From Epiperipatus broadwayi (taxonomy: Eukaryota; Animalia; Onychophora), in assembly GCA_028023455.1 (NCBI GenBank), contig JAQFVV010000001.1:33108001-33172000 (forward strand): DNA of 64,000 bases, given 5' to 3'. The position numbers were made by a program, and so were the translations under genes. Positions 52,660 to 64,000 of this stretch are shown here, one piece after another. Numbering within the stretch: the first letter of the stretch is position 1; each line of letters starts with the position of its first letter. The notes under the pieces are model-generated. The model was not told where the DNA came from and made no database searches. It was given only the letters and a program-made list of their open reading frames with translations.

Positions 52660-54001
52660 GGTAAAAGTTCACTATAACGGTCTATGGTTGTTTGCCCTCT
52701 ATTATTTAAAATTTAAACTAAATTGCTTGAGAATCTGACATGTATCTTATTATATTACAAATAAATTAAAATTTAATCAAATGTAAAAGATAATAATGAA
52801 AAAAAAAACCTTTTGAATGTTGGATTAATTACACGACATTAATTAAAAAAACATTTACCTTTTTAAATATAATTACGTCCTATACAGACTAGGAAGTTGG
52901 AGACTGCTGATGTTATTGTATGCAGCCCAGTCATATGAAATAATGTGCGTACACTGTCTACAACTTAAGAATTTAAAATAACTACATTTATAGCACATGT
53001 TGCAAAAAAAAAAAAAGACACCTTATGTGTCCAACGGCGCGAATTACACGCATACGTGTACAGTTTTATAGTTACAAAAGATGTCTGCTACATGCTTAGT
53101 ACCTGATAGTGAAATTTTAAGGGTTGCTGCTATTCTGGCAGAAGAATGGAATATGCGTGGATTTGATGACAATGGGGAGCCATTAATTGTCGAAATAGAC
53201 GAAACCTACTATTTCCACCGAAAATATCACAGGGGGGCTATACGGACAGGTCATTGGGTGTTTGGCGGCATAGAGAGAGCATCAAGAAAGTGCTTCTTGA
53301 TAGAAGTGGCAGACAGGACGGCTGATACACTGGAGGGCCTGATACAGCGGGTCATTTTACCAGGTACGCACATTATTTCAGATGGCTGGGCTGCGTACAA
53401 TAACATCAGCAGTCTCAACAATGGTGTGTATTTGCATTCGGTTGTCGTCCATCAGGAAAACTTCATGGATCCCAAAGACCGAGACATACACAGCCAGAAT
53501 ATTGAAAACATGTGGATGAGAGCAAAGCGTAAGCTGAAATTCCAATGTGGCATTAGCAGAGCTTTGTTTTCATCGTACCTGCACGAATTGCCCTCCGGAG
53601 TAGATACAGCAATACCGCTTTTTTCTCCAACTTCCTAGTCTGTATAGGACGTAATTATATTTAAAAAGGTAAATGTTTTTTTTTTATTATCTTTTACATT
53701 TGAATAAATTTTCATGTAATTGTAAGACAGTAGCATATACTTTTTTATTTTAAATTCTTAAGTTGTAGACAGTTTAAAATCTTAACTTTCAAAGAAATTA
53801 AAAGTAATTATTTTAATTAATGTCGTGTAATTAATCCAACATTCAAAAGGTTTTTTTTTTTTTATCATTATCTTTTACATTTGATTAAATTTTAATTTAT
53901 TTGTAATATAATAACATACATGTCAGATTCTCAAGCAATTTAGTTTAAATTTTAAACAATAGAGTGCAAACAACCATAGACCGTTATAGTGAACTTTTAC
54001 C
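52660..54001 (+). mobile_element. Merlin DNA transposon derivative with long inverted arms
   Basis: TIR GGTAAAAGTTCACTATAACGGTCTATGG / CCATAGACCGTTATAGTGAACTTTTACC; TSD AAAAATTCC/AAAAATTCA; internal IS1595/ISXO2-like transposase. Confidence 0.92.
53081..53680 (+). pseudogene. Merlin (ISXO2/IS1595-like DDE) transposase, N-terminally truncated, frameshifted near the C-terminus
   Basis: VEIDETY, WVFGGIER, IISDGWAAY, HSQNIENMW motifs; the C-terminal ..FSNFLVCIGRNYI* lies in another frame. Confidence 0.9.
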
Positions 54002-54999
54002 AAAAATTCATCATTACTTTCCAAAGTCAAGAACTTTAATGCATATGTAGTAACCAGATGCTTGCATTGTGTTATACCACAATATAATTCTAGATCTATA
54101 GAGCAATCAAAGATGTACATAGAGTAATGTATCCATTAAAATCGTATATTGAATAGTGTCCATCATGTTTCAGCACCCTGATAACCTATGAAAACCAGAA
54201 GCACTAATCCATATGGTCAAATGTTAAAATTATCGATTTGTATAGTTCAGTATTCAAGATAGAAAAAAAATGTTTAATATAGAATGTAAGGTTGAATAAT
54301 TAAGCAACACTTGAAGTCAAATGTTCAGATAGTCTAAAACAATTCACTATAGTAGTCACAAGTCAAATCTCAGGCCTAAAATGCAAGCACAAAACTGCAA
54401 TGAATAATGTTGTCATTTTTAACAAATGAATAAGCCATTCAAATCTGGTAAAAACGTCAGTGATCCAGCATCAAATGCATGGATAAAAGATAAAGCAACA
54501 CTTGAAATAAATAATCAGGTACAATGAGAAACAATTTACTATTGTGGAAAAATTCTTTCTTTAAAAGAAAAAATATCAGGTTTAAAAAGCAAGCATTAAA
54601 GTCTAAATGAAAAACGCTACTATTGCTAACAAATAAATGAGCTATCCAATTCTGGTAACGATCCCCACAGCGCTTTTTTCCCAGCTCCGCCCCATATAAA
54701 ACTAGGATTCAGGCTTTCAGGGGTCCTCCCAACAATCAGAAACTCTCACCCAGTCAGCAAAGCTGCCTTGAATCAAAATATTCCCTGAAAATTTAAGTCT
54801 TTCAATAGAAATCTCTAGAAAATTTACATGGCTGTTAGTTATTTTTAACCGCGCTCCAAAGAAAAATTTTAATCACGCTTACTTGTTGTCTGATGGTGCC
54901 ATAATTCTTGTGTACAAAGGAACCTAAAAGGTTATTCTGGTCAAATGGAAAAGTTTTAGAGAAAAAAATTCTCTAAAATATAATTTAGGTAACTAAAAC

Positions 55000-55044
55000 G
55001 GGGAGCCAGTAACAGAGTAAACTGGAGACCCTGGCTCCCCCTAG
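55000..55044 (+). mobile_element. Possible Helitron-type 3' terminus
   Basis: 10-bp GC-rich stem GGGGAGCCAG/CTGGCTCCCC ending in CTAG followed by T; 5' end not identified. Confidence 0.35.
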
Positions 55045-57532
55045 TAGGTCCGAATTAAACATAATGTTTTGGTATAATTTATTACATATTGTGCCTATTA
55101 CTTTAAAAAAATTAAACAAAATTTAAAATTGTTATTTATATTTACAATATTTAATTACCATGAAAGTTTGCATTGCATTTTGATATTTTTTTTAATATGA
55201 GTTAGAAATTGTAGATTAATGTAAAAAGTGAATAGATATATAATAAATTCACTGACTGTTTTTTCTTCAAATAGTTTGCAATTTGCAAACTATTTGCTTT
55301 ATTTGAGACTCGATAATAAATAAACTGATATGATTTTGTAATGATTCAACATTTCAATGAAAGAGGAACTATTTCACATGTTGTTGCCATATTTTTGAAC
55401 ATTAGAAGCTGTCTATATATTTTTTCTGACCCCAATTATTTTGAAAATGAACTTTTAATATAGAATCCACATTTTTTTGCTTTTATATGTTAAACATAGT
55501 TGTGAATTAATGTTTTATTTTCACAATATGTAAATAGTCAATTTTTTCACAAATATGTACCATAATATGTTAGCTACTGAGGTTGCATATGATAGTAGAA
55601 ACTGTCGCATATATTTTGTTCTCATTTGTTTTGAAAATGAACTTAGAGCATAGAATTAGAAATTTCTTTTGGTTATTATTTACAAATGCAGATCATAAGT
55701 CAATATGTATTAGTCATATAGCTTATTGATAAATTCTTTAAAAGAATCTGTTACAGGTATTATATCTTTGATCACATATTTTTTTTTTTTCATGATGACA
55801 TATAATAATGCCCAGATGGTAGAAGCTACAGCTCAATTGTGTAGAATTACAAATTTTTTGGCTTTATATAGCCTGGATTGTTTAGAATCAATCTGCACAC
55901 ATTACCTGTATTCACATAACATATTTTGAACTGATTTTTTTAACAATTCAACTTTTTTACTGATAAGTGTGCCTATTTTTTTAAGATGGCTAATTTAAAA
56001 GTCCTTTGAAAATAGCTTTGGAATTCTTAGGTTTTGGAATAATAGTATTTTATCTATACTTTCAGAAACTAAATTCAATAATGGCATTAATCAGATTTAA
56101 AATAAGAAATTTACAAGATGGAATTGCATTTTTTTTTTTTTTTTTGACTTTAGTCTATATATGATATCTTGTTATTAAGATGACATATCTGGCCTGAGTG
56201 TGCTTTCCTTTGAATATATGCAATTATTTGTTAAAATAAAGGCAGAACTGCTGTCTTTTCATCAAATCCATCACTTCATTAATCTTGAATCAAATTTCAT
56301 CTTTGATCTGTTATTTTATCAAAAAAAATTTCATCTTGCTTAATTGAATTTTGTCTTCAATAATATCTGATTCGTCATCATTCAGTTTACTTATTTTCAG
56401 ATTATAAACTTACCCAATCTTTATATACTGTTGTGTCCTTATGTTTAGAATTATCTTTTGGATCCATTATTTTGACTTAGTTCTTAGATTATAGCATGGT
56501 TTATGATTGTCTGACTTGATAATATGTATATATTTATCAAGAGCCATGGTTTGAATAGTAACACTGTTCTGTTGCAAATAATTTTTCCAATTATCATAAA
56601 TGTATTGGCAAAGACTTTGAAGTATACTTATATTGATGATGAAGATTGATAATGGCAACATGAGACATCTAAAAAAATGGAGTTTTTGTGTTTTCTATGC
56701 CTTCTCAAAGATAACTATTATTGATTTTTTTCTTTCCAGATGTAGATGAACTGCAGTGAATTAACTTTCATTTAAAAATTAAATAACACAAATTAATAAT
56801 TTAAAAAGTTTTAATTTTTTATTTTTAAATTTAAATATTTAAAGATATATTTTTATTGTCTAACTTGTTGAATTTTCTCATATGCCATATTAAATATTTA
56901 TGCATTTATTGAGTAACTTCCAAGTTTACATGATGTTAAAGATAAAATATTTCACAAAAGTAACATCCTATAAAATATAAAGCTGTGAAAATATAATTGT
57001 TATAAAATAAAATAAATTAAAAAATTTTAACGTTATTAATTTAAATTTATTCATAAATTATGAATTTAAAAGTTTTTAAATAGATATTTTGTTAATAAAT
57101 TTATCTTCATAAAATTATGATTAAAGTGACATATGATTAAAGTGACATAAAAATACTTACCAATCATAATTCATAGTGTTCCTGTTGTAAAAGTGAAAAT
57201 GTTTTACTTTTCATTTGTAATCAAAGATTCATCTATGAAAACATTTAAATGAGTTTTTTTCCTAGCAAAATATTAGATTATGTCATAATTTGTTTACAAG
57301 TGTTTATTTCATATTAGCATTGGTAAGTTATAATGTGGAAGTGCAAAATATACATTAATAAATTTATTGGTAATTTCTTTTCACATATGCGTATATATTT
57401 ACATTTTAAAAAATGTGTGTATATATATATATATATGGGCAATTACTTTCACAAACTGCTGACAAATTTATACTTTAAATTTTTTATATATAATTAACAT
57501 TTTTGTTTTTGGAGAATAAATTTGAATTAATT

Positions 57533-57626
57533 TGATCGAGAGGTCAGTGCGACTGCCTTGCACTTGCTTTGCCCGGGTTGCAGGTTCGCGGCCCGGCTGA
57601 TGCTATGACACTTAAAAAAAAAAAAA
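57533..57626 (+). mobile_element. Decayed tRNA-derived SINE head with A-tail
   Basis: GATCGAGAGG (A-box-like), CAGGTTCGCGGCC (B-box-like), GC-rich island followed by an A run. Confidence 0.4.
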
Positions 57627-60600
57627 TTTATCAAGACTTTTCAATGTTACATATGTAATATAATGAGTGTGCTAATAGCTCTAAACAATCTTTTCGATAA
57701 AGTGTCACCAGAGAAAGCATTTAATATCTCTATCAAGAATTATTCTTATCCCCAAACTGTTAATTATTGTTATTTACCCTGAAAGTATTTATCAATTCTT
57801 TCTAAAATATCTATGCATGGAATGTCCATGATTTCTTTCTTTTTTTTTTCTACATATATAAAACTTATGGCCATGATTACTGGAAAATTAATTTTTTTAT
57901 TTGGTGACATGTCATATGCATATGTAGTACATGCTGTTTTTTACTTTGTTAAGAGAAAAAAATATCAATAAGTTACTTGCATGGTTTCACACAGATATAA
58001 AAATGTTAAAATTGTTTACATAATCATTTAATGGTATTGATTTATAAGATATAGAAACATTTTTGAATAATTTTTTTATATATAAAATTGTAAAGAGGAT
58101 TTACACTTAATAAGGTTTATAACTGTTTGATAATAGTCATAAACTATGCACTTATTGATTTAAGTTATCATTTAGCAACATTTATAATAATTAAATCTTT
58201 AAGTAATCATTATGATTTTGGTTAAATACTTATTACAACAAAGTTGAAACATTAAATGCTTGTTTGTGGAATTAAACCCAAATTTTTTTAATAAGGATTT
58301 TAGGTAATACATTATTAAAATATTTTGTTTAAGTAAAAAAAAGTGAAGAATTATTTTACTGTAAACAGTTTAATTATCAAATGTTCTAGGTTATAATTGC
58401 TTATTTGTTTTATGAAAAATATTTATGCTAATTATGTAATATTTTAAATTTTATTAATGTGATATATGGTCTATAATTAAATAATATACCAGTGGTCTAT
58501 AATTAAATAATATACCAGTAAATAGCATTATTATGCTATTTTCTAGTAATATTATTTAATAACTTGATTTTTGATGTTAAAAAATATTTTCTTTGCATAA
58601 TGATTTGTTGATTATTAAAGGTGGTATTGAAATATTGTTTCAATCATCTATCATAATGTTTTGCAATATTTCAACTTAATGTTAGGATGAAAATATTTAT
58701 GTTAATAATAATTTGGAAATTGGAAATGGAGATAATTATAATTATGCTTGTTTTTATTGTGTTGGAATTGTTAGAAATCAAATTTATTTTTATTTTACAA
58801 TTTAAATAAAATCACCAAAATTTTTAATGTTATGTTTGTTATTTTATATTAATGATGTAGTATAAGCAAAACTTATAAGAAGTAAATTTTTTTTGGGAAT
58901 CTTGGTTAAAATTGAAAGCCACCAGATTTTTTTCAAGTTTGTTTCTCTAATATATTCTCATTACTTTCTAATGATGTCCATTTTAATGGTTAAAAGTAAA
59001 GTTCTGTGAAATTTGCAGAATCTAAGCATACCAAAGCTATTTAGTCTACAAACCTTTAAAATAAATAGCTGACTCTACATCAAGACAAAAATGCCAGTAT
59101 CATATGAAGATTATACAATAAATAATTGATGTCATACTAGTAATAGGTTTGGAATGTGGTAAAATTGTTTCTCATATTGTTATCTTATAAAAAAGTCATT
59201 GACTCTCCATACAGTAGTGCCACCCAGTGCATGAATGCTAGTTTGTGCATAAAATTTCCACCTAATACCTTCCTCATCCAACATCCCCAGACTAGTTTCT
59301 AGTTTGTGGCTTTCATCATTGAGGAGCCTTGGATTTGAGAGCACTGCACCTAGATCTTAGGATATAATGCAACCCTCAAGCAATGCAACCCTCAAGCAGC
59401 CACTTCTTATCTATTTAGTTAACTATAAAGCTATGAGCCCAAGATGAAAACACAATCATGTTTTCAATCCAAGATAATTCAGCTAATCTGAGAATATTGG
59501 ATGAGTAGGTATTAGATAGGGATTTTATGTATAAATCTAGCATTCATTGATTAGTATGGCTTGCGATGGGTGGCACTACTTTATGGACAGTAAGCTACTA
59601 TGGTATGTAGATTTGGATAAAGACTTTATATCAGTATACTTTTACAAAAGATGGGATGATTGTGTTAGGAGAATTGTTGAGTGTTATAGTAGCAAGAAAT
59701 GGGATATAATAGATGCATTAATAAAAAATAAGGAGTTTGAGAGATGAATTAGTATGGAGAGTAAAAAGTTTAAATATATATACAAGTAAACAGAATATTG
59801 AGTGTAAGTTAATTTATGATAATAGTAAGGAATGTATACATAAATGGAAAAATATCAGTGATTTAGTCTGCAAGTTATTTAAGGAAAGTATAGCAAATAT
59901 TAGGCATGTGTTAATACTTACAACCAGAAAGGGTACAAATAATGAAGTTGTGGGAGAATAAATATAAACAGAGATTATATAGAAAATGGGTTCTTGGTTT
60001 TTATGCGGAGTTAGGGAAAAAATAAGAGGGAATTAGATATAAAAGCATTAGAATTGACAAAGATGTGAAAATGGGATGGAGCAAGATAGAGAATATGGGA
60101 AAAATCTAGGGTAGGAATGGAAAGGGAGGGAAGATAAGGTGGCTAATAGGTTTCTCAGGGCATAGTGGCTGAGAGATTCCTGACTCCAAAAAAGGAAAAG
60201 CAACTATGCATTATAGCACATTACTGTTTTAACAGCTTGTGAAAGCATAGAAAATGGTGATCATGTAATGTTGATTGTTTATTATAATAAATGTTATTTT
60301 ATTAAGATGTCTTTCATAGGGTTTAGCTTGATTTAATATTTAGTGATTTTGTTTTTTTCTCTAAATACAAAGTGGATATTTGCACAAATACTTGAAATGG
60401 ATTTATATTATACAAATTAACATGATTCTATTTGAAAATAACTTTATATAATTAACATTATTACATCATCTTAGTTAATTAACAATAGCAGGTATTTATA
60501 TAATCAATTTAATTTGCCATCAATTATTTATATTTAAAAATAAAATTTATTTAGAAAGACATTTAGTACAATTTTAAAAGTCAAAATAATAACTATAAAG

Positions 60601-61086
60601 ATAAATTGTAATGTAATTATTGTCCATTGAAAATTTTAAACTAAATTTCAGTTATGAAATAATTAATTTTTTTAAAATAGTAGACTAAATCAGCTTTTGA
60701 GGGAAATAGGAATCAACAACAGTAACGTGGATAATATATTAAATTAACTAGCAGATGTTATATGGCAAAGTGAAGCTTTGATGCTAATGATATGATATAA
60801 CAAAATGGTTCTATTAGATGTTTTGCCATAACTTGAATGGATATATGGAATTATTTAAATGTAAGACTTAAAATGGAATGCTAATTACCAAAAGAATATT
60901 TAAATTTTGACCTAATGAAAATACCTATAAGTTTTAGACAACCAACTTGGAACATCAAATCAAGATTTTTTTTTTATCATAATTTTATTTTTTTAATTAC
61001 TATTTTAAGCGTCTACCCATATTATTGTTGCATAATTTATGCACGTATACGATCTCTCCCGCAGCTTAGAGTAAGTATATTTATGA

Positions 61087-61115
61087 GCATGGTTTAAATC
61101 CCATCCCAAGCGCCA
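61087..61115 (+). other. tRNA 3'-end-like sequence with encoded CCA (resembles tRNA-Ser(GCT) T-arm and acceptor end)
   Basis: GCATGGTTTAAATCCCATCCCAAGCGCCA versus GCGTGGGTTCGAATCCCATCCTCGTCGCCA; the T-loop differences fit CpG decay. Confidence 0.35.
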
Positions 61116-61126
61116 ATCTTACACTT

Positions 61127-62633
61127 TGATAAGAATTATACTCACCGAAAACATAAATAAGGGTTTTGTATATGTATATATCTAGGTTAGCGCATCCAGA
61201 CTAGCTCTATCTCAAGGTCTGGGGAACATGATCTAGCGAGAGAACAAAGCAAAGACAATTCCCGATTACGTCACATATATCTACGTATACTACACTATAA
61301 TTTACCTGTTTATAAATCTGTTACTCTAGCCCAGAAGTTATAACAAAATTAAGCTATATGCTACTACACTAGTTACCATTAAATTCTAAGTTTTATACAC
61401 GCATATACATATCTTAATATTCATGCGCACAACCCATTTATTCCGATACACACATGATTCATATATATATCAACGAAAGAGTGTAGTTACACATCAGAGT
61501 TGTTTGTTTAATGTTTTTTTATTTTATTTAAACAAAGATTTATTACGGTATTTAATATAGAAGTAACGCAGGTCCCTTTATTGCTACGCATCTATTGAAC
61601 ATACATATATAGAGAAAGGGTCAAGTTACCTTAATTACGATCGAATGTCCACGTGGTCATAGCTAACAGCCCGCACATTTATAATCCTAACGAAATACTG
61701 GCCTTATCGGTATTTGTTGATCCTAAGGATGGTAAAAAGTCCGGAATGTGATATGTCAAATGGTCTCTAGAGTTAAAATAGATGATCTCGCTTGCTTAAG
61801 AGGTCCTAGTTGTACGTTCTTTGTCGCCATTACTCTTGATAATTTTTTTTTAAGACAGCGAATCTTCATAAATCCGATTCAGGTGAGTCCTACAATAACG
61901 ATCCACTGGGCTGGTCCGACGAAACTCACACTATTATAATTACCCCAACATTTCGATGGGGAATATTACTAAACTTTTTAATCAATTACACGTTAATGAT
62001 CTGTAAAGTAATGATCTCTAAAGTCCGCGGTCCTTTTCTTCCCTTTCCTTCCCAATAACACACTACTCCTTTTTTTTTCTTTTCTTTGTCCTCAATAAAA
62101 AAAAAAGTTCTTTTCTTTTACACCTTTTAACTTCGCATTTTCTTTTATCGGATTCATACGCCACTGATTGGGTCTTCTATTGTTTCAAAATATCAACTCG
62201 ACCAGTTCTAAGAATTCTGACAGACAGAATCATTAAGTGAAACTACCCGCAGCAACCACTTCATTCTATTTCTGTAGCTCTATAGGTTCAACGCATTAAC
62301 TAAGAAACACGTGTCACCAGCCATATTATTAAAAGTGTAGAATTTAAACATTAACGACAACAAAATATATACGTATAACACATAACAAATTTATACAACT
62401 CCGATAATTACCCTCTCGTCAATCTCACGTATAACCGTTAATACTCATACACACCTTATAATAACACACAACTATATTTGCAGACCTACAGTCCAGCCTT
62501 ACCTTCACACTCTTTGTAACAGGGTTCGAATGACTTTATATATATCTTTTCGCATATACACAGTCAATTCATATCAACACTCGCAATTAACACTATATTG
62601 CATTATCTCTTGTATTCGAACCCGTCTGTTACA
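61127..62633 (-). repeat. Probable 3' LTR of the second Gypsy element (left end uncertain; could be only 62515-62633)
   Basis: On -: polypurine tract AGGGGGGTA (62642-62634) directly followed by TGTAAC; GC-richer LTR-like sequence continues to ~61127. Confidence 0.55.
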
Positions 62634-62699
62634 TACCCCCCTGGTACAATAGCCTTCAAATACCTTCTGTGTATTTGAATGGCTTCTTAAACGACTCTT

Positions 62700-63805
62700 C
62701 CCTATCCTTTATTCCCTTCGGTACCACCTTTCTGTTTCGGTGGCCACGGTCCCTTTCCCTGGTCGAACTTTGGTTTATCTGGCGGACGACGAGTTTCCGG
62801 TTCCTATTGCCATCTCAGTCTATGACTATCGTCACCACCTTTTCTATGCATGGCGTCCCCACTAGCATGTCCTTCTTCCATCCCAAACTTAATACTTTGC
62901 TGATCTTGAACTTCCTTCCCTCGCTCCAATGGTATGTTTTGGTCATATATTCTCATGTCCAGAGCATTAAGCAGCTCTGCCACTTCTCCGATGGATGCCT
63001 TCCTCACCCCCAACATCATTCTTTCTACATTCATAGGTATATTGTGCCTTACAATTCGAATGATATGGCTTTCTGATAAACGACACGCGTCCAGTGTCCT
63101 CAGTCTCGCCACTTGGCGATGAAAGAACTGAGAAATTTTCTTTCTTCCCTTCCTCATATTTCTCTCGCATCACTTGGTATTGCACAAGTTCCTGGCGGTC
63201 TTCCGACCAGAAAGTCCCTTGTATCCTTTTCTGGCACCTTTCGAAGGTTGTGGGCTGTTGGGACAATGAGTCCCACCACGCTTGGGCGTTCCCGCTTAGA
63301 TGACTGTACACTACTACTAATTTACCCCCCTCTGGCATGGGATTCATGCCAAAGTATCTTCATAGGCTTTGCAGATGTTCCACGGGAGCTTCCCTCATTT
63401 GGCCTTCAAACTGCCGTATCTTTAAGAAGTGGTTCACGTGGGTGTGTACTGCCATATCCATACATTTACTCGTATACTCCGGTCTTTCAGTCTCACCAGC
63501 CTTCGGCTTGTTTTATATTCTTCTCTCTTTCATCTAAACCTCCTACTTCTTTATCGTCAGACTTCTCCGCCCTTTCCTTGCTTTCATCTCCATTTTCCTT
63601 ACATCCCCCCTTTTTTTTGCCTACCTTTGCTTTCTATCCCCAGTCTCCATTCTATCTCCTGAAATCTCAGTTCGAACCTCTCGTCCATTTCCTGAAATCG
63701 GAATTCTAGACTTTCTAATTTTTTTAAAATCCTCTCCATTACATTTACTTCTTTCTCTTCCGTCACCTTCTGTTTTTCCCCTTTCTGTTTATTTTTTGGC
63801 TTCAT
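62700..63805 (-). pseudogene. Gypsy/Ty3 gag (coiled-coil N-terminus + capsid), disrupted, with no pol before the PPT
   Basis: MERILKKLESLEFRFQEMDERFE coiled coil; QFEG..APVEHLQSL, HLSGNAQAWWDSL..PTTF..FWSE capsid motifs; stops and frameshifts. Confidence 0.85.
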
Positions 63806-64000
63806 TTTCTCTATTACTATTTTAATTACGTACCAGGTTCGTCACCCCGGCTTCCAGTGGTCCACTGCATGACCCACCTGATAGACCTTCATCCCTCAGT
63901 ATTATCATATGGAACGATATTGTTTTATAATATCCCAATGTTGATAAAATTCTTAAACCCCTATTTTATAAACCATGACTATATATATATCACAGAACAG

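Noticed and set aside
57119-59400. Short tandem duplications (16 bp at ~57119, 26 bp at ~58488, 16 bp at ~59369)
   Set aside because: Ordinary slippage duplications with no further structure
59547-59961. Two adjacent ORFs of 66 and 74 aa
   Set aside because: TTG or overlapping starts, purine-biased, probably a decayed LINE 3' region; no diagnostic motif
61880-61930. GTGAGTC...GACGAAAC resembling a hammerhead
   Set aside because: The CUGA core is missing (CAGGTGA) and stems I and III are unsupported
63113-63709. 198-aa plus-strand ORF and neighbouring plus-strand ORFs
   Set aside because: Antisense shadows of the purine-rich gag region

Overview
AT-rich eukaryotic genomic DNA, probably from a large-genome insect or other arthropod. 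No prokaryotic features (operons, rRNA, CRISPR) were seen. The only well-supported host gene is the 5' end of a TIA-1/TIAR (Drosophila Rox8-like) RRM gene on +. It has three short coding exons at 4431-4802 (MSKQ/[43 protein letters not shown]), followed by an intron that runs past the window end (>59 kb). A divergent spliced gene probably starts about 400 bp away on -. The intron is packed with transposon remains: RTE and CR1/L2-type LINEs, piggyBac, hAT/Buster, Merlin, SINE heads, foldback hairpins with Penelope-type hammerhead cores, and several Gypsy-type LTR elements with very long LTRs. Best leads: (1) a candidate NMD/poison cassette-exon pair with U-rich (TIA-1-type) donors plus a recursive splice site in the TIAR intron; (2) four LTRs whose U3 end folds back on an internal inverted copy of itself; (3) two pol-less, gag-retaining LTR elements. 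All coordinates and identities were read by hand; no database searches were run.
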